Positions 1-10,331 of a DNA stretch of 64,000 bases are shown piece by piece. Under the pieces are notes generated by a model. It made no database searches. It was not told the DNA's origin and saw only the letters and a program-made list of their open reading frames with translations. Numbering within the stretch: the stretch's first letter is position 1; every line of letters starts with the position of its first letter. Where the stretch lies: IMG/VR virus record IMGVR_UViG_3300032294_002823. One strand, written 5' to 3'. The DNA is from a virus. The position numbers and the translations under genes are program-made.

Positions 1-270
1 CTTCAAGATTCAATCATTGAACAACAAGAAAATACAATAGATACACAAGATGCACAAATTGGACAATTAAACAAAGCTCTACAAAATAAAGACAACGCAA
101 TATTCTTACTTACAACGTCCCGTGACAGTCTGCAAAAGGTTGTATTAAACATTCCCCCAGCACCGAAAAATCCCAACAAGATGTTTGGCATTCCTTTACC
201 CAGTAGAAAGGTAATGGCCGTTACAGGATTTATAGCAGGTGCCATAACTACTTCGGTACTACTAAAATGA
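1..270 (+). CDS. Partial coiled-coil protein with C-terminal hydrophobic helix (spanin-like?)
   Basis: Frame 1 is open from the window edge (LQDSIIEQQENTID...VMAVTGFIAGAITTSVLLK*); its TGA overlaps the next ATG; not in the ORF track. Confidence 0.55.
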   Translation, partial: LQDSIIEQQENTIDTQDAQIGQLNKALQNKDNAIFLLTTSRDSLQKVVLNIPPAPKNPNKMFGIPLPSRKVMAVTGFIAGAITTSVLLK

Positions 271-494
271 AAAAAATGAAAAATCCCTGTTGGAAAGGAT
301 ATCAATCAATTGGTACAAAAATGAAGAACGGCAAAGAAGTTCCTAACTGCGTTCCCATGAAAGAACAAGTTGAAGAAAAAATTTCGCTATTAACATTTAA
401 AGATTTCTTGGCATGGGTGAAAGACTCATACAAGAACAATCCTGAGCCTAAGATTGATGATGCACACAGAACTAATCCCATGGGTACCGCATGA
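267..494 (+). CDS. Hypothetical phage protein
   Basis: PCWKGY...GKEVPNCVP motif typical of T4-like aquatic phage proteins; ATGA coupling at both ends. Confidence 0.75.
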   Translation: MKKMKNPCWKGYQSIGTKMKNGKEVPNCVPMKEQVEEKISLLTFKDFLAWVKDSYKNNPEPKIDDAHRTNPMGTA

Positions 495-1108
495 AAAATG
501 AATGGGGCACTCCGGAGCTAACACGCAAGTGGCTCAAACAAACACCCGGTCAACATCCCAAGAAAACAAAAACCTTTAAGGAATTTGTTGAAATTGAGAT
601 GTGTGACACACTTGCCCCATATATGGATAATGAAATTGATTTATCCGATCCCTCTGATGATGAATTGTTACAAGAGTTAGAAGTCATGTATGATGAGATG
701 TCAGAAGAAGAATGGGAAGACCTACTTCAAGATTATGAAATGGATGAAGAAGTATTGATGGAAAAGGGGTTGACACCCATGGGCAGAATTAAAAAACGCT
801 TCTCTGCCATACGTTCTCGTCATAAAAGAAATCTATATAAGAACATGGCATTGAATCGTTCCGCCTCACCGCAACGTATTCAACAACGTGCAAAGTTGGC
901 AGCGCGTAGAATGATGTATAAGAGAATTCTACGTAATCGTCCCAGAACATCATTGTCTCCTGCAGAAAAATCTCGTATTGAAACATTGATGAAGCGCGTA
1001 CCATTTCAGGCATTCATTGCGCGTCAAACTATCCGCTTACGCCCTAACTTACGAAAGATAGAAATGAAGCGCATTGCTAACAGAAGAACAAGAAAAAGAA
1101 AAAAATAA
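491..1108 (+). CDS. Hypothetical T4-like protein (acidic middle, basic C-terminus)
   Basis: 205-aa ORF, translationally coupled; EWGTPEL N-terminus. Confidence 0.75.
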   Translation: MKNEWGTPELTRKWLKQTPGQHPKKTKTFKEFVEIEMCDTLAPYMDNEIDLSDPSDDELLQELEVMYDEMSEEEWEDLLQDYEMDEEVLMEKGLTPMGRIKKRFSAIRSRHKRNLYKNMALNRSASPQRIQQRAKLAARRMMYKRILRNRPRTSLSPAEKSRIETLMKRVPFQAFIARQTIRLRPNLRKIEMKRIANRRTRKRKK

Positions 1109-1124
1109 ACTACAGGAACTAGAC

Positions 1125-1430
1125 ATGCTATCATTCAGAGAATTCATCACAGAAGCCGCTCCTGCCTGGCAACGAAAAGAAGGTAAAAGTGCGTCAGGCG
1201 GATTAAATAGAAAAGGCATTGCATCATATCGCCGTGAAAATCCCGGCAGTAAGTTGTCTATGGCTGTAACCACAAAACCCTCCAAATTGAAGGCGGGAAG
1301 TAAAGCAGCCAAACGGAGAAAGAGTTTCTGTGCCAGAATGGGCGGAATGAAGAAAAGATTAACTTCAGCCAAGACGGCCAGAGACCCAAATTCTCGTATC
1401 AACAAAGCACTTCGTAAATGGAATTGCTAA
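1125..1430 (+). CDS. Conserved basic phage protein (DUF6321-like)
   Basis: AWQRKEGK-GGLN-KG...RRKSFCARM...LRKWNC motif; start moved to ATG 1125 after AGGA. Confidence 0.75.
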   Translation: MLSFREFITEAAPAWQRKEGKSASGGLNRKGIASYRRENPGSKLSMAVTTKPSKLKAGSKAAKRRKSFCARMGGMKKRLTSAKTARDPNSRINKALRKWNC

Positions 1431-1434
1431 TTCA

Positions 1435-1442
1435 TATAAATA
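1435..1442 (+). promoter_or_regulatory. T4-type late promoter
   Basis: Exact TATAAATA in an intergenic position. Confidence 0.7.
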
Positions 1443-1468
1443 GTCATATAATTTTTTAGGAAGTGCAT

Positions 1469-2053
1469 ATGCAAACATTAGAACGTGAAAATCTTGAGGA
1501 GAACTTCGATTTATCCAAATTGGAACTTCTTGTTCGATTGGGATTGATGCCGTTACAAACACTCCCCATTTTACGTAGAGCATTATATAGAATTCAAAGT
1601 GGTACAATGTTAACTCCTGATGACCGTATGGTTATTGCAACACTTCTAAATAAGTTAATGAGTATGTCTTTTGATGATTCTGCAATATTTCAACGAATGC
1701 GTACCATAGTCACCCAAACACGGAACCCTGCCATGGAATCAATAGTTACTGAAAAAAGTGATGAAACGTTAAAGCGTATGCCAGAAGGAATGTTATCCAC
1801 CTTGGCTACCAATGTAAAGAGTAAAGAACGCGCAGGGGGTAAACTCTCTCCTGAAGATAAGCGCGTGGCAAGTCGTGCCAAAGCTGAACTTCGCCGCCGT
1901 CGTGATAATGCAAAAGGTATGAGAGAAAGCTACGAAAATGCATTTCTTTCAACCATGAAGGAATACGGCATCACGAATATTGCAGATTTGCCAAAAGAAA
2001 ATGTAAAAGAATTTTTCAATAAAGTCGAACACCTCTATAATTCAGGAGAATAA
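1469..2053 (+). CDS. Hypothetical late protein
   Basis: ORF downstream of late promoter and AGGA SD. Confidence 0.7.
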   Translation: MQTLERENLEENFDLSKLELLVRLGLMPLQTLPILRRALYRIQSGTMLTPDDRMVIATLLNKLMSMSFDDSAIFQRMRTIVTQTRNPAMESIVTEKSDETLKRMPEGMLSTLATNVKSKERAGGKLSPEDKRVASRAKAELRRRRDNAKGMRESYENAFLSTMKEYGITNIADLPKENVKEFFNKVEHLYNSGE

Positions 2054-2056
2054 CAT

Positions 2057-3592
2057 ATGTCAGGCTGGGGTAAAGCAGACGATAAAACATCGTCAGGTAC
2101 AATAACATTAACAGCACCTACCATCACATTCAACGGCGCTACTGCTCATGCCGCTGGTGTCATCACATCAAATAGTCATCCGTTTCAAACAGGCGATGCC
2201 GTAGTATATTCAAACGGTGGCGGCACATCAATTGTAGGACTCACATCAGGTTCAACATATTATGTTGTGAATCTTTCAACAAACACACTAGGATTAGCTG
2301 CAACTGAAGCAAACGCATTGCTCGGCAGCATTCTTGCCACAACTGATGGTGTTGGTGCATCACACACATTGACACATGCGCTATCATTTGGACGCGGTGT
2401 GATTACAGGTTCTTCAACAGCATTTGAAACAGAAGCAACAACAGGTGACTTCATTCGTGTAGGAGACCAAGAAATGGTTATCATTTCTATTGCTTCTGAC
2501 ACCTCATGCCAAGTCATCAATGCTAATCCGCAAATTGCTTTGACAACATTCAGTGGTGAAGGCTACACATTAAGTGAAAAGCCAACATCATTGCCAAGTG
2601 ATCCAAGCATCTTATCAACCGAAGTGTTCGGTGTTAATGCCACTGAAATTGGTGCAGGCGGCGACAATGTAGTTTCTGTTGCCGTAGTAAATGGTGGTAC
2701 ATTATATGTGGAAGCTCCTGCCGTATCATTCACAGGTGGTGGCGGTTCATCAGCAGCAGCTACAGCGACTATCTCAGGCGGTGCCGTCACAGCCATCGCA
2801 GTAACTAATACTGGTTCATCATACGAAACAGTTCCTACTGTTGTTATTCCTAAGGCGCGTGTAACAATCCCAACTTCAGGTGTTGCCACTGCCACTGAAC
2901 AAATTACATATGCAAGTCATGGATTGACTGCCACTAACGAAGTGAAATATTTTCACGGCGGCGGTACTGCCATCACGGGTTTAACAAATAATACATCATA
3001 CTTTATTTCAGCTCTTGGATTAACAGCAAATACATTCCGTCTAGCGACTTCTTCATCTGCTGCTTCTGGACGTGCCGCGCTTGCAGGTGTTGCTATCTCA
3101 GGTACAGCAGGCGAATTCACATGTACCGCAACTACTCTTGCCGTGGGTGACCACATCAAACTTGATGGCACCATCACTGGTACAGGTTCTATACAAAGTC
3201 ACACTGCTGGTAAAATCTATGAAGTTTCCGCTGTTACAGGAACGTCACCTAACGTAACTGGATTCACACTTACACAAGAAGATACTACTGCACTTGTTAC
3301 AACTACAGGTAACGGCACAGGATTAACATTCAATCCGTTTACCATCGTGTTAATTTCTGGCACAGGTAACAATCTTCAATACTTCGAAAAGGTGGCATCA
3401 ACAGCAGCGACAGCAGTAGCTGCCAAGGGTACAGGTGAAACAGGAACTTCAGCAGCACACACTGGTTGGGTAAAGAGAAAGGTGGGCGTGGGTCAACATG
3501 CAGGACGTATTCAATATGAAGTGCTTGTGGCATTGTCAAAGAATGGTATCACAAGTGATGCTGCTGATGACATCCAATTCCCAGACGCATAA
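2057..3592 (+). CDS. Virion structural / fibre-like protein
   Basis: Gly/Thr/Ser/Ala-rich beta protein; MSGWG N-terminus and HTGWV...GRIQYEVLVA C-terminus as in T4-like structural proteins; two internal SH-(P/G)...GGGT-I-GLT repeats. Confidence 0.7.
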   Translation: MSGWGKADDKTSSGTITLTAPTITFNGATAHAAGVITSNSHPFQTGDAVVYSNGGGTSIVGLTSGSTYYVVNLSTNTLGLAATEANALLGSILATTDGVGASHTLTHALSFGRGVITGSSTAFETEATTGDFIRVGDQEMVIISIASDTSCQVINANPQIALTTFSGEGYTLSEKPTSLPSDPSILSTEVFGVNATEIGAGGDNVVSVAVVNGGTLYVEAPAVSFTGGGGSSAAATATISGGAVTAIAVTNTGSSYETVPTVVIPKARVTIPTSGVATATEQITYASHGLTATNEVKYFHGGGTAITGLTNNTSYFISALGLTANTFRLATSSSAASGRAALAGVAISGTAGEFTCTATTLAVGDHIKLDGTITGTGSIQSHTAGKIYEVSAVTGTSPNVTGFTLTQEDTTALVTTTGNGTGLTFNPFTIVLISGTGNNLQYFEKVASTAATAVAAKGTGETGTSAAHTGWVKRKVGVGQHAGRIQYEVLVALSKNGITSDAADDIQFPDA

Positions 3593-3604
3593 TCAGACTA
3601 ACTC

Positions 3605-4051
3605 ATGGCAGATAGCAAAGTAACAGATTTTAGTGCAGCTACGTCCGTCAATTCGGCGGACGTACTGTACCTTATTCAAGGAACTGCTGACAAGAAAATT
3701 TCAATTTCAACATTATTGGCTAATTTGCCCAATAGTTTAACGAAATTTTCTGGACTGATTGCTTTGGCCTTCAATGGTGCTCAAACACTTGCAGGATCGG
3801 GAACCATTCAAACAACACAAACGTTAACACTTATAAGTAATACTGGAACAACCAGTTCGCTGGGTATCAGTGATGGGCTGTATGAAGGACAAATTAAAGT
3901 CATCATGTGTACATCAGCATCGGCAAATTCTACTATTACAAGTAACATCAAGGCAACAAGTATCACGTTTAATTCAGCGGGAGATACAGCACTTCTTGTT
4001 TGGTACGGTAGTGATTGGTGGGTGTTGGGCGGCACAGCAACAGTGGTATAA
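3605..4051 (+). CDS. Putative virion structural protein
   Basis: MADSKVTD N-terminus; beta-rich; late context. Confidence 0.65.
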   Translation: MADSKVTDFSAATSVNSADVLYLIQGTADKKISISTLLANLPNSLTKFSGLIALAFNGAQTLAGSGTIQTTQTLTLISNTGTTSSLGISDGLYEGQIKVIMCTSASANSTITSNIKATSITFNSAGDTALLVWYGSDWWVLGGTATVV

Positions 4052-4065
4052 ATGTAAATATTATT

Positions 4066-4437
4066 ATGTTAAATGATGAAAATTTTCTATTGTATGCAAT
4101 AAAACATTATAACAATCCTAGTTGTTCTGGGATGAAAGAATTTCAAGATGATGTGAAACGGTTTAAGTATATTAAACGTTTGCTACGTAAATATAACAAA
4201 ACCGGAGAAATCTCAGAAAAGTTAATTCTGAATCACATCATCTTGTTATACAATGTGTTTGGAAATTTTGTAGTACCGTCGCTGTTCTTTAAAATTGAAC
4301 ATGTACATTGGCCTCAAGTTAAAACATTTTTAGTATACTTGAACTACTTGCCGGACAATTATCATATCAATAAACAAATAAACGAAGCTGAAGTACCGCT
4401 AGACAATTTTCTTATAAATAAATTACGAAAGATATGA
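4066..4437 (+). CDS. Conserved T4-like hypothetical protein
   Basis: NFLLYAIKHYNNP...EF-DD-KRFKYIKRL...LILNHII motif. Confidence 0.8.
   Translation: MLNDENFLLYAIKHYNNPSCSGMKEFQDDVKRFKYIKRLLRKYNKTGEISEKLILNHIILLYNVFGNFVVPSLFFKIEHVHWPQVKTFLVYLNYLPDNYHINKQINEAEVPLDNFLINKLRKI
4413..4420 (+). promoter_or_regulatory. T4-type late promoter
   Basis: TATAAATA just upstream of ORF 4434. Confidence 0.55.
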
Positions 4438-4586
4438 AATCATTTAAATTGTTTATCGAAGAATTGACGGGAGTACCTGTCAATAACATTGCACACTCTG
4501 GGCAAACACAAATTGCCAAGTATGATCCGTTGTTAAAGCTAAAAATGTTTCGTCGTAAACCTAAAAAGACATCAAACAAAAAATAA
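4434..4586 (+). CDS. Small hypothetical protein (50 aa)
   Basis: MKSFKLFIEE...; ATGA overlap with upstream stop; not in ORF track. Confidence 0.6.
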   Translation: MKSFKLFIEELTGVPVNNIAHSGQTQIAKYDPLLKLKMFRRKPKKTSNKK

Positions 4587-4598
4587 AGGAGAAATATT

Positions 4599-4904
4599 AT
4601 GTTTTGGATTATTTTGATAAGTGGTCTTGCACTTGCAACATTCTTTGCGTGGAAAAATACAAAGTCCGCTCCTGTGTCTGGATTGAAGTTGAAGATTAAG
4701 GATGGCGCTGATAAAGCCATCTCAACTGCCAAAGACATTGCCGATGTTAACAATGACGGCAAAGTTGATTTTGCCGATGCTGTTGCCGCCGTTAAAAATG
4801 TAGAAGCTGAAACAAAGCGTGTTGTGAAAAGTGCCAAGGCACAAGCAGGCAAGGCAAAGAAGAAGTATGGTGGTAAGGTGAAGAAGCAAAAGCCTGAAGC
4901 CTAA
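4599..4904 (+). CDS. Membrane-anchored protein with EF-hand/dockerin-like loop
   Basis: N-terminal TM; DVNNDGKVDFAD; strong AGGAG SD. Confidence 0.65.
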   Translation: MFWIILISGLALATFFAWKNTKSAPVSGLKLKIKDGADKAISTAKDIADVNNDGKVDFADAVAAVKNVEAETKRVVKSAKAQAGKAKKKYGGKVKKQKPEA

Positions 4905-4910
4905 TAGGAA

Positions 4911-5399
4911 ATGGATTTAGAAACCAAGGTTGCTCTTTTGGAAAGCGATGTCAACAGAACGACATCGCTTTTTCAAAAAATGGATACCGCCATTGAGAAG
5001 ATGGGGGATGTATCCAACAGTATTGCGCGGATGTTGGCTGTTCATGAAGAACGGTTAAACAAACAGGACGATATAGACGAGGAGCTTTTCACTTTGGTGG
5101 AAAAACGCCGGCAGGAAATTCAAGGTGATATTAAAGAATTACATTCACGCATCACAACTGTTAGCCGTGAATTGTCTGATGATATCAATGAAACAGAACA
5201 ACGATTAATGACTGCCATGACGTATGGAATGGCAGACATCAAGAAGTGCATCACCGAAGAAACCAAAACTAACACAGACCTAAGCAAAGATTTGGAAAAA
5301 CGCATAGGTGAATTGGAACGTTGGAAATGGTTGATGATGGGTGGTAGCATCGCCCTAGGTACCTTCGCTCACGAAATTGTCGCCAGAATAATTAAATAA
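4911..5399 (+). CDS. Coiled-coil protein with C-terminal TM
   Basis: Heptad pattern, MLAVHEERL motif, LERWKW followed by a hydrophobic tail. Confidence 0.7.
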   Translation: MDLETKVALLESDVNRTTSLFQKMDTAIEKMGDVSNSIARMLAVHEERLNKQDDIDEELFTLVEKRRQEIQGDIKELHSRITTVSRELSDDINETEQRLMTAMTYGMADIKKCITEETKTNTDLSKDLEKRIGELERWKWLMMGGSIALGTFAHEIVARIIK

Positions 5400-5405
5400 C
5401 ACGTA

Positions 5406-5434
5406 TTGACAACCGAGACATTGTGTTATATCTT
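5406..5434 (+). promoter_or_regulatory. Sigma70-type promoter for primase
   Basis: TTGACA-N17-TATCTT upstream of AGGAGG SD. Confidence 0.6.
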
Positions 5435-5457
5435 TCTGTATAGGAGGATAACGCACA

Positions 5458-6474
5458 ATGTCTTATTTTATTGATACCAAATATTTGAACTTGATTGGAC
5501 ATCGGTTACCGTTGTTCAAGAAAAAGAAAACTGATTTGTGGAACTGCCGGTGCATTGTGTGTGGTGATTCTCGCACCAATAAAAACAAGGCACGGGGTTA
5601 TTTTTATCGTCAACGAAATGACTTGTACTACAAGTGTCATAATTGTTTGGCAAGCCAACACTTCGGCACATTTCTAAAGAATATAGATAGTATACTCTAC
5701 CAACAGTACGTGTTTGAACGTTATGCTACAGGTGAGAATGGGCCCAAAGCGCATACCAAAGCTGAAGAATTTGTCTATCAATATGAAAAGGTGGAGTTTA
5801 AACCTAAACCTTTAATAGAAACAGTCGCACAAAAATTATCAGAACTACCTGATGATAACGAGGCGGTCCAGTATTGCTTGACGCGCGGCATTCCGCGTAG
5901 TAAATTTACCGAGTTGTACTATATCAATTCAGTACGAAAAATACAAGAGATAGCGCCTGAATATACAAGTATCAAGACAGAAGAACCTCGCTTACTTCTT
6001 CCTTTTTATAATGAAGCGGGTGAACTCACAGGTGTAACGATGCGAGCCCTGCGCGGGGAACATCTTCGCTATATAATGATAAAGCTGAAAGATGATGAAC
6101 CTTTAATTTTCGGGATGAATAATGTTAACAAAGAAATTCCCATCACAATTGTTGAAGGGCCTATTGATAGCCTGTTTGTTGACAATTGTGTGGCGGTTGC
6201 TGGTACGGGATTCTCAAAAATTGAATCTTTGGGATTGAACAAAGAACTCATTACAATAGTGTTTGACAATCAACCTAGAAATATTGAGGTATGTCGTCTT
6301 GTTGAAAAATATATTAACCTTAATTATAAAGTATTCATCTGGCCTTGTGGCATTCCTGAAAAGGATATTAACGACTATGTGGCAGGCCGAGGTGAAATCC
6401 AACAACTTATTCGTGAGAACACCTACCAAGGACTCATGGCCCAACTCAAATTTACAGAATGGAGAAACTGCTAA
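5458..6474 (+). CDS. gp61: DNA primase (T4 gp61-like)
   Basis: NCRCIVCGDS...ARG...YKCHNC zinc finger; TOPRIM motifs VEGPIDSLF, FDNQPRN, KDIND. Confidence 0.95.
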   Translation: MSYFIDTKYLNLIGHRLPLFKKKKTDLWNCRCIVCGDSRTNKNKARGYFYRQRNDLYYKCHNCLASQHFGTFLKNIDSILYQQYVFERYATGENGPKAHTKAEEFVYQYEKVEFKPKPLIETVAQKLSELPDDNEAVQYCLTRGIPRSKFTELYYINSVRKIQEIAPEYTSIKTEEPRLLLPFYNEAGELTGVTMRALRGEHLRYIMIKLKDDEPLIFGMNNVNKEIPITIVEGPIDSLFVDNCVAVAGTGFSKIESLGLNKELITIVFDNQPRNIEVCRLVEKYINLNYKVFIWPCGIPEKDINDYVAGRGEIQQLIRENTYQGLMAQLKFTEWRNC

Positions 6475-7151
6475 TGAACGTGAGACTCGTATCACACACG
6501 ATTGCATGTGATGATTTTGATTTTATCGCCACGCCCACTGAGCTTGTGGCGTTTTGCGCCCGAGTGAGTAATCCCAATAATCAAAATAACACAGAGTCAT
6601 CAGAAAAACTCATCAACTATCTCATCAAATATAAGCATTGGAGTCCGTTTGAGATGGTGAACATGACATTGGAAATTGACACAACCCGTGATATTGCACG
6701 ACAAATTCTTCGGCATCGGAGTTTCACATTTCAAGAATTTTCACAGCGATATGCGTCAGTTGATTCGTTGGATATGGAACCACAGATTCGTGAGGCACGT
6801 TTACAAGATTTAAAGAATCGGCAAAATTCCATTGAAACACAAGATGAAAATTTGCAAATGTTGTGGGAGGCAAGGCAACGTGCTGTGTGGGAAACAGCTA
6901 TTGAACAATATCAATGGGCTCTTGATAATGGAATTGCAAAAGAAGTTGCACGCGCTGTCCTGCCTGAAGGTCTTACAAAGTCACGTATGTATGTGAATGG
7001 CACCTTGAGAAGCTGGATTCACTATATAGATATACGTTCTGAGGCGGCAACTCAGAAAGAACACCGTGAGATTGCTGTTGCCTGTGCCAAGGCAATCGCT
7101 GAAATCTTCCCAATGATAAATAACTTTTCACACAATGAGGACGTAAAATGA
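6474..7151 (+). CDS. thyX: Flavin-dependent thymidylate synthase
   Basis: HWSPFE, RQILRHRSFTFQEFSQRY, KEVARAVLP, QKEHR. Confidence 0.97.
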   Translation: MNVRLVSHTIACDDFDFIATPTELVAFCARVSNPNNQNNTESSEKLINYLIKYKHWSPFEMVNMTLEIDTTRDIARQILRHRSFTFQEFSQRYASVDSLDMEPQIREARLQDLKNRQNSIETQDENLQMLWEARQRAVWETAIEQYQWALDNGIAKEVARAVLPEGLTKSRMYVNGTLRSWIHYIDIRSEAATQKEHREIAVACAKAIAEIFPMINNFSHNEDVK

Positions 7152-7537
7152 GAGAGCAAACTGACGTAGGAATTTTCATGGAAGCATGTGGACAAGAAGT
7201 ATTACGTCAACCTAGTTTTCTAAATGCAAATCTTCCGCAAGCAGATTTGTATATGGAATTGATCCGGGAAGAATTTGAAGAATTAAAAGAAGGATATGAA
7301 AATTCTGACATCACCGAAGTGGCAGATGCATGCGGTGATTTAATCTGGGTTATTTTAGGATTGGCGAATAGTTTAGGAATTCCAATGCATCAAGTGTGGC
7401 ATGAAATTTCTGCATCCAATATGAGTAAGACAGTAGAAGGCAAGGTTATCAAGCGCGAAGATGGCAAGATTCTCAAGCCCGATACATATTTTCCACCAAA
7501 CATTCAACGAGCACTAGGACTAACTACAGATGACTAA
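7148..7537 (+). CDS. MazG-like / PRA-PH nucleoside triphosphate pyrophosphohydrolase
   Basis: LIREEFEEL...EVADACGDL...SNMSK...REDGKILKP. Confidence 0.9.
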   Translation: MREQTDVGIFMEACGQEVLRQPSFLNANLPQADLYMELIREEFEELKEGYENSDITEVADACGDLIWVILGLANSLGIPMHQVWHEISASNMSKTVEGKVIKREDGKILKPDTYFPPNIQRALGLTTDD

Positions 7538-9389
7538 GATGGAATTACCCGCAAAGATTTTGTCAGACATTACAACTTTCATGAAGTATGCAAAGTTTGA
7601 CCCAACAAAGAATCGTCGTGAGAACTGGGTTGAATTGGTTGATAGAAACAAGCAAATGCACTTGGAAAAGTTTCCACAGTTACAGGATGAAATTGAAGCT
7701 GCCTATAAGTTTGTCTATGACAAGAAGGTGCTCCCTTCAATGCGTTCATTACAATTTGCTGGCAAGCCCATCGCCATTAATAACGCACGTTTGTATAATT
7801 GCTGTTTCTTACCAATTGACCATGTTGATGCCTTTAGTGAAGTTATGTTCCTATTGCTTTCAGGCACAGGTGTAGGGTATTCAGTACAACGTCATCACAT
7901 TGAAAAGCTCCCAGAAATTAACAAGCCCGTTAAGAATCGTCGTTATTTGATTGGTGATAGTATTGAAGGATGGGCGGATGCCATCAAGGTGCTCATGACA
8001 GCATACATGAAGGGAAAGGCCTACCCTGTATTCGACTTCAGTGATATTCGTCCCAAGGGCGCACAACTCATTACATCAGGCGGCAAGGCACCTGGTCCAG
8101 AACCTTTAAAGGATTGCTTACATAATGTTCAGAAAATTCTTGATAGAAAAGAAAACGGCGAAAAACTTTCAACATTGGAAGTCCACGATATTCTATGCTA
8201 CATTGCTGACGCTGTTCTTGCTGGTGGAATTCGTCGTTCCGCTATGATTTCATTGTTCAACATTGATGATGAAGAAATGTTGACATGTAAGTTTGGTAAT
8301 TGGTGGGAAACAGCTCCTCAACGTGGTCGCGCCAATAACTCTGCTGTGATTGTTCGCCACATGGTGGAAGAGGAAGTGTTCATGGATTTATGGAAGAAGA
8401 TTGAAGCATCAGGCTCAGGTGAACCTGGGTTCTTCTTCACGAATGACAAGGATTGGGGCATGAACCCATGTGCAGAAATTTCTCTCCGTCCTTTCCAGTT
8501 CTGTAACTTAACAACCATTCACGCAGGTGATGTTGAATCACAAAATGATTTAAATGAACGTGCCAAGGCGGCAGCATTCATTGGCACATTACAGGCAAGT
8601 TACACTGACTTTCACTATTTGAGGGATATATGGAAGAGAACAACAGAGAAGGAAGCCTTGATTGGAGTATCAATGACAGGAATTGCTTCTGGCGGAGTCC
8701 TGAAGTTAGACCTCAAGGAATCAGCCAATCTGGTGAAGGAAGAGAATCAACGTGTCGCAGCTTTAATTGGTACGAACCCAGCGGCACGATGCACAACGGT
8801 GAAGCCTGAAGGTACATCATCCCTAGTACTAGGCACATCATCTGGCATTCATGCATGGCATAATGAACATTACATTCGCCGTATTCGTGTGGGCAAGAAT
8901 GAAAGCATCTACACCTACTTAAACATCAATCACCCTGAACTTGTGAAGGATGAATTCTTCAAGCCCACCATTCAGGCTGTAATTGAAGTGCCTCAGAAGG
9001 CACCGGCAGGGGCAGTCACACGCCAAGAAAGTGCTCTTGATTTATTGAAGCGCGTATCTAAGGTGTGGAAGGAATGGGTGAAGCCAGGACATCGTAAGGG
9101 ATCCAATAAGAATAATGTTTCAACCACTGTAACTATCAAGCCTGATGAATGGCAAGAAGTGGGTGAATGGATGTGGGCAAATCGTGATAGTTTCACAGCT
9201 CTCTCAGTTCTTCCTCACAGCGACCATACATATATTCAAGCACCCTTTGAAGATATCACACAGGAGCAATACGAAGAAATGATTACATCACTACATGCCA
9301 TTAATTTAGATGATGTTGTTGAATTAGCCGACAGTACTTCATTACAAGGTGAAGTTGCATGTGGCGGCGGCGCATGTGAGGTTGTATGA
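7530..9389 (+). CDS. nrdJ: Class II (adenosylcobalamin-dependent) ribonucleotide reductase
   Basis: NPCAEI, TVKPEGTSS, GSGEPG, C-terminal CGGGAC; monomeric RTPR-like; no nrdB in window. Confidence 0.9.
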   Translation: MTKMELPAKILSDITTFMKYAKFDPTKNRRENWVELVDRNKQMHLEKFPQLQDEIEAAYKFVYDKKVLPSMRSLQFAGKPIAINNARLYNCCFLPIDHVDAFSEVMFLLLSGTGVGYSVQRHHIEKLPEINKPVKNRRYLIGDSIEGWADAIKVLMTAYMKGKAYPVFDFSDIRPKGAQLITSGGKAPGPEPLKDCLHNVQKILDRKENGEKLSTLEVHDILCYIADAVLAGGIRRSAMISLFNIDDEEMLTCKFGNWWETAPQRGRANNSAVIVRHMVEEEVFMDLWKKIEASGSGEPGFFFTNDKDWGMNPCAEISLRPFQFCNLTTIHAGDVESQNDLNERAKAAAFIGTLQASYTDFHYLRDIWKRTTEKEALIGVSMTGIASGGVLKLDLKESANLVKEENQRVAALIGTNPAARCTTVKPEGTSSLVLGTSSGIHAWHNEHYIRRIRVGKNESIYTYLNINHPELVKDEFFKPTIQAVIEVPQKAPAGAVTRQESALDLLKRVSKVWKEWVKPGHRKGSNKNNVSTTVTIKPDEWQEVGEWMWANRDSFTALSVLPHSDHTYIQAPFEDITQEQYEEMITSLHAINLDDVVELADSTSLQGEVACGGGACEVV

Positions 9390-9655
9390 TTACCGTTAAG
9401 AGATTTACAGCACCTTGGTGTGCTCCGTGCAGAATGCTAGCCCCTGTGTTATCGGGGCTAGCAACTGAGTATCCTGATGTTGTGTTTGAAACTGTAGATG
9501 TTGATGCACAACCAGAAGTTGCACAGCAATATGATATTCGTTCCGTACCCACTGTTATCATTTTCAAGAATGATGAAATTGTTACTAGTATTGTGGGTGC
9601 AAACGCAAAACAAAAATACGTGGATGCCATTGAAATTGTTAAAGGTGCCGCATGA
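9386..9655 (+). CDS. trxA: Thioredoxin
   Basis: WCAPC active site and SVPT cis-Pro motif. Confidence 0.93.
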   Translation: MITVKRFTAPWCAPCRMLAPVLSGLATEYPDVVFETVDVDAQPEVAQQYDIRSVPTVIIFKNDEIVTSIVGANAKQKYVDAIEIVKGAA

Positions 9656-10329
9656 GTGACGAACCTATTTTTAATGACAATGCCGAAGATGTCATTATAG
9701 GTAATCAAAACTATCGTGTTCGAAACATTGAAATACGAAAGCGCGGCACTACCACATGGTTCAATAGTTCAGAATTACCCATTGTCATTATTGACCAAAC
9801 AGGAACTATTACAAATTTAGGTAATACAACAACGACGGGTGTTGTGTCAGGGGCATCAGGTGTGTTCGTTGCAAACATGACATCGGCAAGTGTCATCACA
9901 GGTCCCGTTGGTTGTACAACTGTGACAGCAGCAACGTCGGTACAGGCGCCGTTAGGTATCTTTGCATCATTGGCGGCGCCATATAAATTATTCGATATTA
10001 AACACCCAGACGCAACAAAAGAACATCAACGATTACGTCACGGTAGTTTAGAAGGTCCTGAATTGGCGGTGTATGTTCGGGGCAAGACTTCAAGTGATGT
10101 CATTGTTCTTCCTGAGTATTGGCAACATTTGGTGAATAAAGAAAGTATCACAGTACATTTAACAGCAACACACCCTGACCAATTCTTACACGTACTACAA
10201 ACCAGTGACACAGAAATTTCAGTTGGGGGAAACAATCATGTATCATATCATTATTACATTGTTGCTGAACGAAAAGATGTGCCTAAGTTAGAAGTAGAAG
10301 TTGATTCACAACACGATTACGGATTTTAA
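9652..10329 (+). CDS. Tail-fibre/baseplate C-terminal-like domain protein
   Basis: KLFDIKHP...RLRHGSLEGPE-AVYVRG...LPEYW-LV motif seen at C-termini of T4-like tail proteins. Confidence 0.6.
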   Translation: MSDEPIFNDNAEDVIIGNQNYRVRNIEIRKRGTTTWFNSSELPIVIIDQTGTITNLGNTTTTGVVSGASGVFVANMTSASVITGPVGCTTVTAATSVQAPLGIFASLAAPYKLFDIKHPDATKEHQRLRHGSLEGPELAVYVRGKTSSDVIVLPEYWQHLVNKESITVHLTATHPDQFLHVLQTSDTEISVGGNNHVSYHYYIVAERKDVPKLEVEVDSQHDYGF

Positions 10330-10331
10330 AA

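Noticed and set aside
7530-9389. Intein or intron in the RNR (also checked primase and thyX)
   Set aside because: Lengths are normal, reading frames are continuous and no intein terminal motifs are present
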